Source of the DNA: Octopus vulgaris
Taxonomy: Eukaryota
Direction: 5' to 3'
DNA length: 64,000 nucleotides
Assembly (NCBI GenBank): GCA_951406725.2
Contig: OX597814.1
Span: forward strand, 103,478,001 to 103,542,000
In this document: positions 1 to 13,630 of the stretch, one piece after another
How positions within the stretch are numbered: the first letter of the stretch is position 1
Layout of the letters: each line of letters begins with the position of its first letter
The notes under the pieces: generated by a model
Database searches by the model: none
What the model was told of the DNA's origin: nothing
What the model saw: only the letters and a program-made list of their open reading frames with translations
Made by a program: the position numbers and the translations under genes

Positions 1-552
1 CTCATTGATATGACTTTCCCAATCGACATAAATATATCTGTCAAGACCTGCCTACATTGAGGTCCCGGAAATAAAAGTTCTGGATATACACTGTATGCAA
101 TAGAAGGTCATATGTGTCACAGTAAGACTCTGCACTATCACACATGGCTCTAGTAACACAGAAATGGATGGCTGAAAATTCTCATGATCACATAACCCCT
201 AACATTTGGCCTCTTAATTCCCCAGATATCAATTCATTGGACTATTACATGCGAAGCGTTGTTGAGAGAGAGATCAATGAACATGCCCATAATACCAAAG
301 ATTCTTTGAAAGATGCCATAGCAAGAGTAATGTCCAAAATGCACCAGGACCACTTGATTCGAGCATGAAAATGATTTAGATCTCATATAGAAGCAGTTGT
401 TGAAGCTGAAGGTGGCTTTATTGAATAACATTATAGAAAAGAAGGTTTATTTTTAACCTCATAGCATTTTTTAATAAAGTTATTAATCTGTTATTATATA
501 TTTGTTTTTCTATAAACATAAATCTGTCCTCAAATACCTTACGCACCCTGCA
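1..552 (+). mobile_element. Tc1/mariner-superfamily transposon 3' remnant
   Basis: ORF 144-368 has WPLNSPDINSLDY (WPxxSPDLNPxD motif); probable right TIR ends ...cttacgcaccctg at ~550. Confidence 0.75.
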
Positions 553-593
553 TAGTGCATCTAAGGCAACCTAAAGCAACATACTGATTTCAA

Positions 594-832
594 GTTTTGG
601 CACAAGGCCAGCAAAATATTTATACAAATGTTCAGTAGTCAGTGCGCCGGTCAAAATGTTTAGCGGTATTCCGCACGTCTTTAACTGTTGAGTTCAAATT
701 CCGCCGAGGTCGGCTTTGCGTTTCACTCTTTCGGGTTCGATAAAAATAAGCACCAGTGAATCAATGGGGCCGATATAATCGACTTAGCCTTTTTTCCGAA
801 ATTGCTGGCCTGGTGCCAAACATTTGAAACCG
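594..832 (+). mobile_element. tRNA-derived SINE with Meta/MESC-like central domain
   Basis: GAGTTCAAATTCC B-box followed by GCCGAGGTCGGCTTTGCGTTTCACTCTTTCGGGTTCGATAAAAATAAGCACCAG; same family recurs elsewhere in the window. Confidence 0.7.
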
Positions 833-1461
833 ATATGGCTGAATAGAAGACATGGTGGTCATGCCTGGGACGTTTTTCACCATGGATCTGCTCGATGAGA
901 TCTTACTTGGGGTTAAAAACATTAAGAACAACATTGGAGGGATGTGGGCAGAGGTAACCTCGACTGGATTTGAACTAAGTAACTATATGTTAAGTTTTTA
1001 AATGGCGAAGAAAATCGACCGACGAGACTTAGATATCATATTGCACCTCGTCCAGCAGCACATTACCATTTCTGCTGCCCTACAACGGCCTCCGCCGCCG
1101 CCGCCGCCCTGCCGTGCTTAAAATAACAAAACCAGAACAATGAGTATTACACTGAAGACAGAATCTGTTGTCGACAGATGTTGTTGTTAACAGAAATACC
1201 AACCAGTAACTTGAGCCAACAAATGTTTATAAAATATCCACTTGCTTCAAAATTCTTTCCTATTTGTTCAGACCGAGTCTCTTATTTTGAGAGTCCCTAT
1301 AAACGCATTGCGTTGCCTAAATATGCGCTAACTCCACGCCGTAGAATTACTGATATATTTCTTTAAATAATTGTTCACACATGTTTTCGCCATTTAATTC
1401 AGTTGTCCTGGCTAGTTTAGAACTTGTTATACTTCCTCTGTCTCTGTCTCTCCCTTTCTCT

Positions 1462-1566
<105 letters not shown>

Positions 1567-1721
1567 GTATGTGTGTGTGTGTATGTATATTTTAGCAACA
1601 CGGAACAAACGAAAAGTAGTCAAACTAGAACTACCTAAGCGTCGAATTCTAGTTTACTATCACATATATATAATATGTATATTATTATTGTATATATATG
1701 TATATATATATAATAATATAC

Positions 1722-1765
<44 letters not shown>

Positions 1766-1770
1766 TATAC

Positions 1771-1808
<38 letters not shown>

Positions 1809-1833
1809 GTATATTATTATATATATATACATA

Positions 1834-1896
<63 letters not shown>

Positions 1897-1924
1897 CATT
1901 ATTATTATTATTATTATTATTATT

Positions 1925-2216
<292 letters not shown>

Positions 2217-2219
2217 TTC

Positions 2220-2632
2220 TCTTTACTCTTTTACTCTTTTACTTGTTTCAGTCCTTTGACTGCGGCCATGCTGGAGCACCGCCTTTAGTCGAGCGACTCG
2301 ACCCCGGGACTTATTCTTTTTTTGTAAGCCCAGTACTTATTCTATCGGTCTCTTTTGCCGAACCGCTAAGTAACGGGGACATAAACACACCAGCATCGGT
2401 TGTCAAGCAATGCTAGGGGGACAAACACAGACACACAAACAAACACACATACATATATATACACATATATACGACAGGCTTCTTTCAGTTTCCGTCTACC
2501 AAATCCACTCACAAGGCATTGGTCGGCCCGGGGCTATAGCAGAAGACACTTGCCCAAGATGCCACGCAGTGGGACTGAACCCGGAACCATGTGGTTGGTT
2601 AGCAAGCTACTTACCACACAGCCACTCCTGCG

Positions 2633-2635
<3 letters not shown>
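2220..2635 (-). mobile_element. Abundant tRNA-derived SINE (family A, octopus OK/OR-like), full length
   Basis: Head GGCGCAGGAGTGGCTGTGTGGTAAG...GGTTCAGTCCC (A/B boxes), internal (TA)/(TG) tract, tail GGCGGTGCTCCAGCATGGCCGCAGTC...GACTGAAACAAGT(AAAAGAGT)n; near-identical to 33064-33465. Confidence 0.88.
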
Positions 2636-2726
<91 letters not shown>

Positions 2727-2940
2727 TTTCTAAGTCTCTCTAAGGGAGACTACGGCAGCGATACTGGATATTAATAGTTATCGCCAAGCTAATATGGCAG
2801 TCCATAAATATAAGACTAAAGCTGCCGTTGATTAGCTCCAAGAGGCCATCGCCTCTAGCTAGCTACATGACACACGAACCTGTGTCCATTATAACCTTCG
2901 AACAAGGGAGGTCAGCCGCTTCCCATGCTGGTCAGACATG

Positions 2941-2975
2941 TGCAGACATGTTTCAGGGTATTTGCCCTTTATCAA

Positions 2976-2979
<4 letters not shown>
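2941..2979 (-). ncRNA. Degenerate minimal hammerhead ribozyme motif
   Basis: TGCA-TTGATAA-AGGGcaaataCCCT-GAAA-CATG-TC-TGCA: stems intact, core has two transitions relative to CTGATGA. Confidence 0.5.
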
Positions 2980-3057
<78 letters not shown>

Positions 3058-3198
3058 CTATATAGTGTATATTTAAATACATAAGGAATCCACTTATAGG
3101 AATTCTAGAAAGAACAGCCAGGTTCTATAGCCACAAAAATTAGGGATGAAATTCGACAAGAACGAATTGAAAAATGAAAAACATTTTACCATCTAGTT

Positions 3199-3272
3199 TC
3201 CTGGACCAATTGGTTTCTGATTTTAGTTTAGCGAGTCAAGGAACTCGCTAGGTGTAATCTTCTTCAGCAGGA
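3199..3272 (-). ncRNA. Type I minimal hammerhead ribozyme
   Basis: TCCTG-CTGAAGA-AGATT...TAGCGAGT/ACTCGCTA...AATCA-GAAA-CCAATTGG-TC-CAGGA: perfect stem I, canonical core, palindromic stem III, GUC site. Confidence 0.82.
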
Positions 3273-3288
3273 CCACCTAGGGTTAAGC

Positions 3289-3370
<82 letters not shown>

Positions 3371-3467
3371 TTCTATATATATTTATATATATTTATATAT
3401 TTATATATATATATATTTATATATATTTATATATTTATATTTTTATATATATTTATATATATTTATA

Positions 3468-3500
<33 letters not shown>

Positions 3501-3502
<2 letters not shown>

Positions 3503-5210
3503 GTCGATGGACGAAGGTTGCAAATCGTCTCAACCAACATCCCAAAAGTAGCGAAATGTCCCGCCTAAAAACAACACTGATGGAGATCTAAAAAGGCTGC
3601 AACAATCCCATGTGAGGGAGAAAGCAGACAAAGAAGCCTGGGTTATAAAAAACATTAAATCAAACCCAAAGGCCTTCTTTCATTACGTGAAAGAAACAGC
3701 CTCAGTACACTACAAGATAGGACCCCTCCTCCAAAAGGATGGCTCCCTCACAGACAGTCCAACTAAGATCAGTGAGATACTGAATGACCAGTTCAAAAAT
3801 GTCTTTACCACCCCGTTGGAACACAGACAAGTGAACGAACCAGTGGACTTCTTTGCCGCCTCACCTATAACCAGCGAGGCAGTTACAATAGAATACACTG
3901 ACATTAGCGAAGAAGATGTACTACTAGCCATAGATGAAGTGGACACAAACTCAACTGCTGGTCCCGATGGTTTACCAGCAATCCTCCTCAAATGGTGTAA
4001 GCATGCCCTGGTAAAACCCCTCAAGATTCTCTTTCAGAGCTTTCTTACAAATGGCAAACTGCCAAGCAAGCTGAAGGAGGGAATAATATGCCCAATACAT
4101 AAAGGGGTAAGTAGAGCAGATGCCAAAAACTATAGGCCTATCTCTCTGACTTCACACATCAGCAAAGTCATGGAACGGATAGTCAGAGGGAAACTAATCG
4201 CATTCCTTGAGGAAAATAACTTGCTGAGTGATACCCAGCATAGTTTTCGACCAGGTAGGAGCTGCCTGACCCAGCTCTTACAACATTATGACTGGGTGTT
4301 GAGGCAGTTACTCAACAAATCAAATGTGGACGTAATGAACCTTGATTTTGCAAAAGCTTTTGACAAGGTGGATCATGGTATGATATGCCACAAACTGCGT
4401 GACCTCGGCATAGCTGGAAAACTTGGAGTGTGTTTACATGACTTCCTGAAAGATAGGAGTCAGGCAGTAGTGGTTAATGGAGCCACCTCTATGAACACAC
4501 AAATAGTGAGCGGTGTTCCACAGGGCACTCTCTTGGGACATCTGCTTTTTATAGTGGCCCTCTCAGATATCCCCTCAAATGCCCGGATAGTCACTCTGGC
4601 AAGCTATGCAGACGATACGAAAGTCTCGCAGAAAATACAGAATCCCAGCGATGTTGCACACCTGCAGCAGGAGTTGGACTCAATCTACAGATGGGCTGAG
4701 GATAATAATATGCAGTTTAATGCTGAAAAATTCCAGGCCCTGGGCTATCAGCATCCAAAAGTGAATATTAAACTTACAGGGTACACCGGTCCACAGGGAA
4801 TTTCAATCCCAGAACCTAAGTCAGTGAGGGACCTGGGTATCGACATGAGTGATGTCTTTCCAAGTGCACATTACCGGATGGCGACAAAGCGCAGACGACT
4901 GGCTGGCTGGGTCCTAAGAACATTCAGAACCAGAGATAAGGAAACCATGATGGTCCTCTGGCGGACATTCGTCCTCAGCCGCCTGGATTACTGCTCACAG
5001 CTTTGGTCACCCACCAGTGTGAAATTAACAGCGGGCCTTGAAGCAATCCAGTGAAGATTCACAAAGAATATCGTCTCTTTGCAACAGCTCAGCTACTGGG
5101 AAAGGTTGAAACAGCTAAGACTCTACTCCCTGGAGAGAAGACGGGAGTGGTATGCAGTAATATATATCTGGAAGATCCTGGAAGGAATTGTGCCAAATTT
5201 TGGCATTGTA
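3501..5210 (+). mobile_element. CR1/L2/Jockey-group LINE, reverse transcriptase fragment
   Basis: ORF 3612-5054 with YRPISLTS, LDFAKAFDKVDH, SGVPQG, YADD; frame continues past the TGA (RFTK...LSYWERL...LYSLERRR). 5'-truncated next to a TA-rich tract. Confidence 0.93.
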
Positions 5211-5542
5211 AGCTACATATATATACATATCAATGTATATTTTTATGCTCAGTTATAATAAAAACGATTTTACATCAACTCCATTTGAGTACAAATTCAT
5301 TATTCTTAAAAAAAAATAGTACTGATATTGACTTCCAAGATTCGGACAGCTAAGTCATCATCGAACTGTGATGCATTAAATGAATTAAATTAAATTAATT
5401 GCAGAATTAATTATCTGTTTCAATGGAATTGAGCAAATTAAAAATAAAAAAAAAACTGACATAATTTTATGTTTATTACCAAATATATATATACTGTATC
5501 TGGTTGAAACTTAAAAAATTACTGTCAATACTAATGTTTGTA

Positions 5543-5695
<153 letters not shown>

Positions 5696-6260
5696 GTCTG
5701 TCCGTCTGTCTGTCTCTATCTCTTTATCTACACGCGCGCGCGCACACACACACACATACACGCAAATGCACACATATAAATGTGTGTCTGCACCTGTATT
5801 TGTAACGTGAGTTGATCGAAGTGGTTCGGGTGTTCTATCGAATGAAATGTATTCAGTATCGTCCTCTCTCTATTTACTGAAGTCGTTCACTTTCATCTAC
5901 CCGCCAACCCCGATCAAACAATCAGAAAAGTAAAGAAAAGTAAAGAAGTGACAGGTAAATCCCGTCTCAACCAAACAAATGTGTTAAGAAACATTATTTG
6001 GAATTATGAAATATAAATTGGACCAAGCATTGCTTCTTGTACTTTAAGCATTTCCTTAACAAATGACAACTCTCTGAGTAGGGATAGCTGATGAGTCGAG
6101 AAGAAAGAGTACGAAGCATATGAATGATACTGCTTTTAGCTGGTTAGTGAACGATGAGTAGTGAGTAACGAGTAGTGAATACTCGATTGAACACCATATG
6201 CACTTTGCTTTATGACCAAATGTTATACGCCTCATGGAAGATACCTACCTACCTACCTAC

Positions 6261-6354
<94 letters not shown>

Positions 6355-6387
6355 GTCTGTCAGTCAGTATGTCTGCTTGTCTGTCTG

Positions 6388-6441
<54 letters not shown>

Positions 6442-6726
6442 ATCTATCTATTTGTATACGTATATTGTATGTATACGTATATATACATACATACATATGT
6501 ATGTATATATATGTATATACAAGTATGTATATGTATATATATATATCTGTGTATATGCATATATGTATGTATATATATGCATATATCTATATCTTTATAT
6601 ACGTATGTATGTCTGTCTATGTATATGCAGGCACGAAATTACGTTTGACCTGATCACTGATGAAAAGCTGGGGACCTTCTGTGTCTGTTTTTCGTTGGTT
6701 TGTGCATTTAACATACGTTTTTTAAA

Positions 6727-6775
<49 letters not shown>

Positions 6776-6918
6776 ATACATACATACATACATACATTTA
6801 TATATATATATATATATATATATGTAGCATATGATAAGATGAAAGTGGAGAGTTTTAAGAGATAAACATCAATTTATTAACATATTGTGCATTCTCTGAT
6901 ACCTACATATATATAATA

Positions 6919-6978
<60 letters not shown>

Positions 6979-7030
6979 TATATGCATACATATATATATG
7001 TATATATGCATATGTATGTATACATATCTA

Positions 7031-7099
<69 letters not shown>

Positions 7100-7131
7100 G
7101 TATATACATATATGTGTGTGTGTATCCACAC

Positions 7132-7190
<59 letters not shown>

Positions 7191-8317
7191 GTTTAATGAT
7201 TAAGAGAAGAAATATGTTGTTAACCTTATACTCAGCGGATTCCTAAGCACTTGTGTAAAGCGATGGGTGTAAGATATTACAGTTAAAATCCTATAACGAT
7301 TGGTTAAGAACATCTGTTGGGGAAATGGTAAATACCTGGCTTCTATTGGTTTGTGAAGCACTGACGTAGTAGAGAGCATGTCTTTGAAGAGGAGTGTTGT
7401 TGGCGGTGAAACAAATGATGAACGGATGTGGAAATTATTTATGGCTTAAAATTAAACAAAGCAGTTTAGACTGAAATGATTTGAAAGTGAGTATGATCGT
7501 TACATCAGATAGAAACAGGAAAGCAACACATTTTGTTGTTGAATGAGTCAAGAATTTAGTGTTTCTGAGCTACCTTAAATAACCGTTTGTTAATTAAGCG
7601 TGAATCTCTCGTGTTACAAGAGAGATGAGAAATTTCAACAAAACCAGTCTTTAGGTATTAACAAAGTAAATTCACAGCGTTTGACATTTTCTGTATTACA
7701 GTTCTATATTTAACGACAAACAAGATGAGGACAAATATCCGTCAAATGTAAATAATGTAAATAATGTTTTCTGTATTGCGCCGATGTTTGAAATTGGTAG
7801 TTTCATAAATTTCTCTGCCCGAGAAATTATGAAATAAAAATGAGAAAAAGTCGTTAGAGACATACTTTAGGCAATTAGTTTTCTATATTTTGTAGAGATT
7901 TGTCAAAATATTTCGAAATTCTTGGCATCAAAACTTTCTGCACCCAAACTGCCCCTGTTAATGGTAGAATCTCTCGGATTTAGTCGCACCTAGAAATGAA
8001 GGTTTTCATAGATTTCTGCTGAATAACAGACAAGGATGAACACAAAGGTTCCTCAACTGTTTGATTTTTTTCAGTTATTTTTGCATAAATAACAGAAGGT
8101 AAAGAATGCTATCATTGAATCTACCGGAAGTTAAACAGTAGCTCCGCATAACAAAGACGCGCGCGTATGTATGTATGTATGTATGTATGTATGTATGTAT
8201 GTATGTATGTATGTATGTATGTATGTATGTGTGCGCGCGCGTGTGTGTGTGTGTGTGTGTGTGTAGGGATTCAGATAGAATCAGGTACTTGAAAAGATAA
8301 GCACCAGGAAGGGTTGG

Positions 8318-8445
<128 letters not shown>

Positions 8446-8714
8446 GCTAACAGTCTTTGATCGAGTAATAGCTTGTACTCTCTCGGGAGCCACATTCAAA
8501 GTATTATTATATACTCTTCCTGTATGTGTGTATTTTACGAGGAAAAAAAACATGTAATAATTGAAGTAGAAAAAAAGGTCAATTTCATACACGAACTTCT
8601 GTTTGTTTATTATATGATAATAATAAGCGAGCTGTATGTATTATTTATATATCAATACAGTAATGGCAGTTATATAATACACAAGGCTTTGTTCAGCATG
8701 GAGCTGTAATGGAA

Positions 8715-8800
8715 GAAAATTTCCTAAAGTGCTGCACAGTGGGACTGAACCCAAGGCGACATGGTTGGAAAGCAAGCTTCTCAACCACACAGCCACGCCT
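8715..8800 (-). mobile_element. SINE family A, 5' fragment
   Basis: GGCGTGGCTGTGTGGTTGAGAAGCTTGCT...GGTTCAGTCCCACTG head. Confidence 0.7.
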
Positions 8801-8937
8801 ATTAAGGAGAGATACATTTTGGACAATATACTCCTTGATACAATATGCTTAACAAAAAGATGGGATGTTTATGGCGAGAAGACCTTTGATTTTAATATTT
8901 ACTCGAGCAACGCAACAACTAACAATGCTACACCATT

Positions 8938-9417
8938 CAGGGTTTTCCAGAATTAATTGTTTCAATGAAATTGAGCAAATTTATAAAGAAACCTGAAAGA
9001 ATTTTATGTTTATTACAAAAACATGTAGATTTATAAATCTTTCATGAAACTTTTATTGAAAATTTTCAACATGTCTGTATCCCTGCATACTTCTAATCTC
9101 CTCTTAGCATTGTGAAACATATTGTGAAGCATTTCAGGAGTTAGCTCCTGCACTGCTAACTGAATGTGTCCTTTAAGCTCAACTAAACTATTGCTCCATC
9201 TTGGGGATGGAGGTAACGAAAATGATTGCTGCCAAATTGAAAAAATCTGTCATGGACAAATAAGAGGGGTCCAACAGGAATGAAAATAAAATTATCGACA
9301 AAATTCAAAATTTATACCCTCTTAACACATATTAAACATGATAAACATAAATAAAAGTGATTTTTAAAAAAATGCATCCGATTTCTCTCAAATCATCATT
9401 AATTCTGGGACACCCTG
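8938..9417. mobile_element. Non-autonomous Tc1/mariner-type element (MITE-like)
   Basis: TIRs CAGGGTTTTCCAGAATTAAT / CAGGGTGTCCCAGAATTAAT (18/20 match); left part resembles 5400-5490. Confidence 0.6.
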
Positions 9418-9929
9418 TGTTTACTCGTCCAACTAAATAGGGGAAGGAACATGCGGGGGGGAGGGCTAATTGCAGGTGGCAAGAGTAGCTTCCGGAAGTG
9501 GTCACGGGGTCAAACTCAAATAGCTGTGAGTCACAACAACATTTTTTTTGTGTATGAACATTTTGCATTATATAGTTTAGACATGGATGACATGGATGAC
9601 ATAGAAAGCAGACATGCTGCCGAGCCACGCTGCGTTGCGCAGGATCGGAAACGTGAAACATCAACTCAGCACTTCCGGAGAATGGATGATTGGGTTTGTT
9701 CTGCCTTTACCCAGCTGCACACGCACACACATGCCCCGGTAGTGCGTGGGATGGTAAGATGCAGCATCAACAGGACGCGGACAAAAATTTTAATGTTCTT
9801 CTTATTTCCTCTGCCAAATTGGACAAAAAGGTTTTCGTGAAATATCATACGCTACTTATAATGCATAAGTAGCGTCAATATTTTATCGCCGGAAAATGGC
9901 CTAAAAAAATAGATAAAACCCAATGCAGT

Positions 9930-10322
9930 ATATTCAAATATGCAAGATAATGCTCGGTCACATAGAGCGAGAATGACATTCCCAAGAATGGAGCAGCCTG
10001 AATGTGAAACGATGCCCCATCCACCATATTCGCCGAATATTGTCTCATCTGATTATCATTTATTCTGCAATCTTCAAAATAATTTGGACGGAAAACATAT
10101 GAATTCTGTAGACGAGGTCAGAGCAGTGCTGGAGGAGTATTTTTCGTCACGGACAAGTGAATTTTGGAAGAGAGGCCTTGCAAGTCTACCAGATAGATGG
10201 AAGAGCATTGGAGAAAATGAAGGAGAGTATATTTGAGATTAAAGAAGAATTTTGTTTATCTCAATTTTGAAAAATAAAAGAAGTATACGAAAACACTGCA
10301 TTACTTATGGGATGTCCCCATA
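9930..10322 (+). mobile_element. mariner (DD34D-type) transposon 3' remnant
   Basis: ORF 9940-10236 QDNARSH...PHPPYSPNIVSSDYHLF...LPDRW...EGEY; right TIR TGCATTACTTATGGGATGTCCCCA before TA. Confidence 0.85.
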
Positions 10323-10328
10323 TATATA

Positions 10329-11941
10329 CAGTTGCGGCCAAAATGTTCAGAATGGCATTGTTTTCGTCAGAAAAGTAGATATAAGTTTTTATCAAAGTTG
10401 TTTTATATTCTATAATTTTCACAGACAATAAATACAATATTAATTGTTATTGTCTGAGATTTTAGTGTAATTTGAGAGGATAATACAAAAGTTATGGATG
10501 ATTTAGTGATTTACTGCAAAACCCATAGCGGCCAAAATGATCAGAACGGTTGAAAAAAATAACAAAATAATAAAAAATGACAGAGAATACTGGAATTATT
10601 TAATATTTAGTGTGAAGCCCTTTAGCTTCAATCACACTCTGACATCTTCGACTGCATGAGGAAATTAAATTTTCAATTTCTTGCTGGGTGATCTTATTCC
10701 ATTCTTCCTGAAGGGCATTCCATAATTGCTCAGTTGTTTTAGGATTTCTGGCTTTCGAACGTTCTCCTAGAATATTCCACACGTTTTCAATAGGATTGAG
10801 ATCTGGGCTTTGAGCTGGCCAATCCATAACAATAACCTTTTCAGCCTTGAGGAAGTTCATGACCACCTTAGCCTTGTGACATGGGGTATTGTCCTGCATG
10901 AATATGGGTGGTCGCTTAGTTGAATTTCTCAGCACAGGCAAGACATGATCTTTTACAAGTTGTTTATAAACTCCTGCATTTAACTTTCCATGTAATCGCA
11001 CCAAAGGGCCCACACCATCTCCAGATATCATTCCCCAAACCATGACACTTCCTCCACCGAATTTAACACTAGTCTTAAGGCATTTAGGCAACAATTTTTC
11101 ACCTACTTTTCCCATCTGAGCCAAATAGCATAAACTTAGATTAATCACTGAAATGCACCGTTTGCCATTTTTCTTGAGACCACAACACATGTTCGGTTGC
11201 AAAGGTAAGACGACACTTTTTATTCTTGGAGCTAATCAGTGGCTTCACTGCAGGTGCTCTTGCTTGTAGGTCATGTTCAACTAAACGACGAGACACAGTT
11301 TTTCGAGATAAAGTTTTCTTCAATACAATGCTCATTTTCCGAGAAACAGCAGCAGCAGTTTTAAATCTGTCCTTTTTAACCAACTTTACCATAGCACGAT
11401 CTTCTCTCTTGGTCGTTTTTCTTGGCCTACCTGTAAACTTTCTTGCTTCACACGAACCACAATCATCGTAGACCTTAAGAATACCGTGTGCAACACTTTT
11501 TGACTTGTTAACAATCTTTGCAATAGATCCAGTACTTAAATTATCCTTCCTTCGAAGCGTAATAATCTGCTGACGAATTGGTAACGAAGTAAGTGGCATT
11601 ATATTAACAAGGTACACTGCAAATATTCTTACTAATGTTTAGTAAACGAACCGTCACGTAAACAAATTCAAAACATTAGAGTTCGCCGGTTAAATATACT
11701 AAAACACGTAGTAAAAGCAACCGTTCTGATCATTTTGGCCGCCATGGGTTTTGCAGTAAATCACTAAATCATCCATAACTTTTGTATTATCCTCTCAAAT
11801 TACACCAAAATCTCAGGCAATAACAAATAATATCGTATTTATTGTCTGTGAAAATTATAGAATATAAAACAACTTTGATAAAAACTTATATCTACTTTTC
11901 TGACGAAAACAATGCCGTTCTGAACATTTTGGCCGCAACTG
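10329..11941 (-). mobile_element. Full-length Tc1 (DD34E) transposon with 224-bp IR/DR termini
   Basis: TIRs 10329-10552 and 11718-11941 (6 mismatches by my count) starting CAGTTGCGGCC; TA flanks; each TIR carries GCGGCCAAAATGWTCAGAAYGG twice. Confidence 0.96.
10600..11599 (-). pseudogene. Tc1 transposase, disrupted
   Basis: HTH region with GRPR; VHFSD*SKF (E codon read as TAA at ~11142); frameshift after GSDGK; then VKFGGGSVMVWG, FMQDN-34aa-E (SPDLNPIEN). Confidence 0.93.
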
Positions 11942-11951
11942 TATATATATA

Positions 11952-12247
11952 TCACTGTCACTGTGATCACTGTGACCGACCAGGCTATCAGATGTTGCTA
12001 CACATCGCTGGTCACAATGCGCTTCGCATTGTTTTAGCCTTCAAATGACGCCACCCCGCTGGCTAGGCAAGCAGGCCAGCAGAAGAAAGAGTGAAAGTTG
12101 TAGCGAAAGAGTACAGCAGGGATTGCCACCACCCCCTACCGGAGCCTCATGGGGCTTTGGGTGTTTTCGCTCAATAAACACTCACAACGCCCGGTCTGGG
12201 AATCGAAACCGCGAGTCCGCTGCCCTAACCACTGGGCCATTGCGCCT

Positions 12248-12250
<3 letters not shown>
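11952..12250 (-). mobile_element. tRNA-derived SINE (family B)
   Basis: GGAGGCGCAATGGCCCAGTGGTTAGGGCAGCGG...GGTTTCGATTCCC head, (CAGTGA)-like tail; degenerate relatives at ~24130-24280 and ~24840-25000. Confidence 0.75.
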
Positions 12251-12301
<51 letters not shown>

Positions 12302-13489
12302 CAAAAAAAACCTCCAGGATCGCAAACTCCAATAACCTGGACCACCGCATACATAGAATCAATAGTAGAAAAATGAAGCAAGGAAAGGAGCTGTAATAGT
12401 TACAACCCTAAAGACACGATTAATACTGGCAATCAATTAAAAAATAACCGGTTGAAGCCTCGCAATAAAAGAGAGAGGGACACGACCAAAACGGGAATGG
12501 GGAAGAAATGAGAGGGCAGGTGACATAAAGATGCAAAAAAACTCCCAACAAATGCACATGCAGTGATAAAGCAAAATGTCCTTTGGAGAACCTATGTCGA
12601 AACGTTGTGTACAAATGTACTGTGAACACCAGAGGAGGCCCGTGTGTGTATATAAGAGCATCAGCTGATTTAAAAAAAAAAGTTGTAATCGAAACCACAT
12701 CGCCAGCTTCAACAGGGTTAACAAAAGACACTCAGTATCATTAGCAGATTTGTAAAGAATCTAAAAGAGAATAAGATAAAATATGATTTGACTTGGTCGA
12801 TAATGCATGCACACCCATAAAATACCTTTTCCAATAAGTGCGGACAATACTCGGAAGAATCGTTATGCGTATTGTTTAGCAAGGAAAACATTATTTACAG
12901 ATTTTCAGGTCAATTAATCAGATGCCTATACATGAATAAATGTACTTTTACACAATGTAATTGAAACAATTTATTAACTAATCCATCACGGACTACCTAA
13001 CAGCTATCTAACCAAATCTCTTCCCAAGTAGAAATATTCTGGTATAAACGTTATGAACATGCGCCACAGCATTACCTCGTGGACCTATTATATTGTTTAA
13101 AGTAAATATTATACAAATGCATGCAGGACATGCATTTGCAATTGTCCCAAAGTACGCCGTCCCCGCAAATTTCAGGCCTTGTTCCTAAAGTATGTAGGAT
13201 TATTATTATTATTATTATTGTTCTTGTGATTTGTTTGCTTTTAGTTTTCATGAATGGGAATCGAAATGAAATTGAAATGAATTGAATATGGCAATAATCC
13301 GAAAACATCCTTGATACTTTCAGGCGAATGTCTTAAATGTATCAGTGAATGTCTGGGAATTGTCGTTCGCCTAGTTGCTTCAGTTTTTCCCTGTAGAATA
13401 TAATGCCTACAACGTAATTGATAGGCCAGCGTAACCTGTTGGTTTAGATTTCTGCTGGAAGAAACACTTCTCTAAAAAAGGTTTCTTAT

Positions 13490-13630
13490 TTCGGTGCAGG
13501 GAAAGCGGTGTTAGTCGATTATATCGACCCCAGAACTTGCCTTGGTGCTTTATTTCTTTCGACCATGAAAAAATGAAAGAAAACGTTGGCCTTGACGGAA
13601 TTCGAACACAGAACGTCAAGTGCTGAAGCA
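13490..13630 (-). mobile_element. Meta/MESC-like SINE, degenerate
   Basis: Minus strand GTTCGAATTCCGTCAAGGCCAAC...TTTCATTTTTTCATGGTCGAAAGAAATAAAGCACCA. Confidence 0.55.

Noticed and set aside
6085-6128. CTGATGA...GAAG-CATATG hammerhead-like string
   Set aside because: GAAA, the UH site and stem I are all defective; indistinguishable from chance.
12170-12250. tRNA gene
   Set aside because: A and B boxes are present but the cloverleaf is incomplete and continues into a SINE body.
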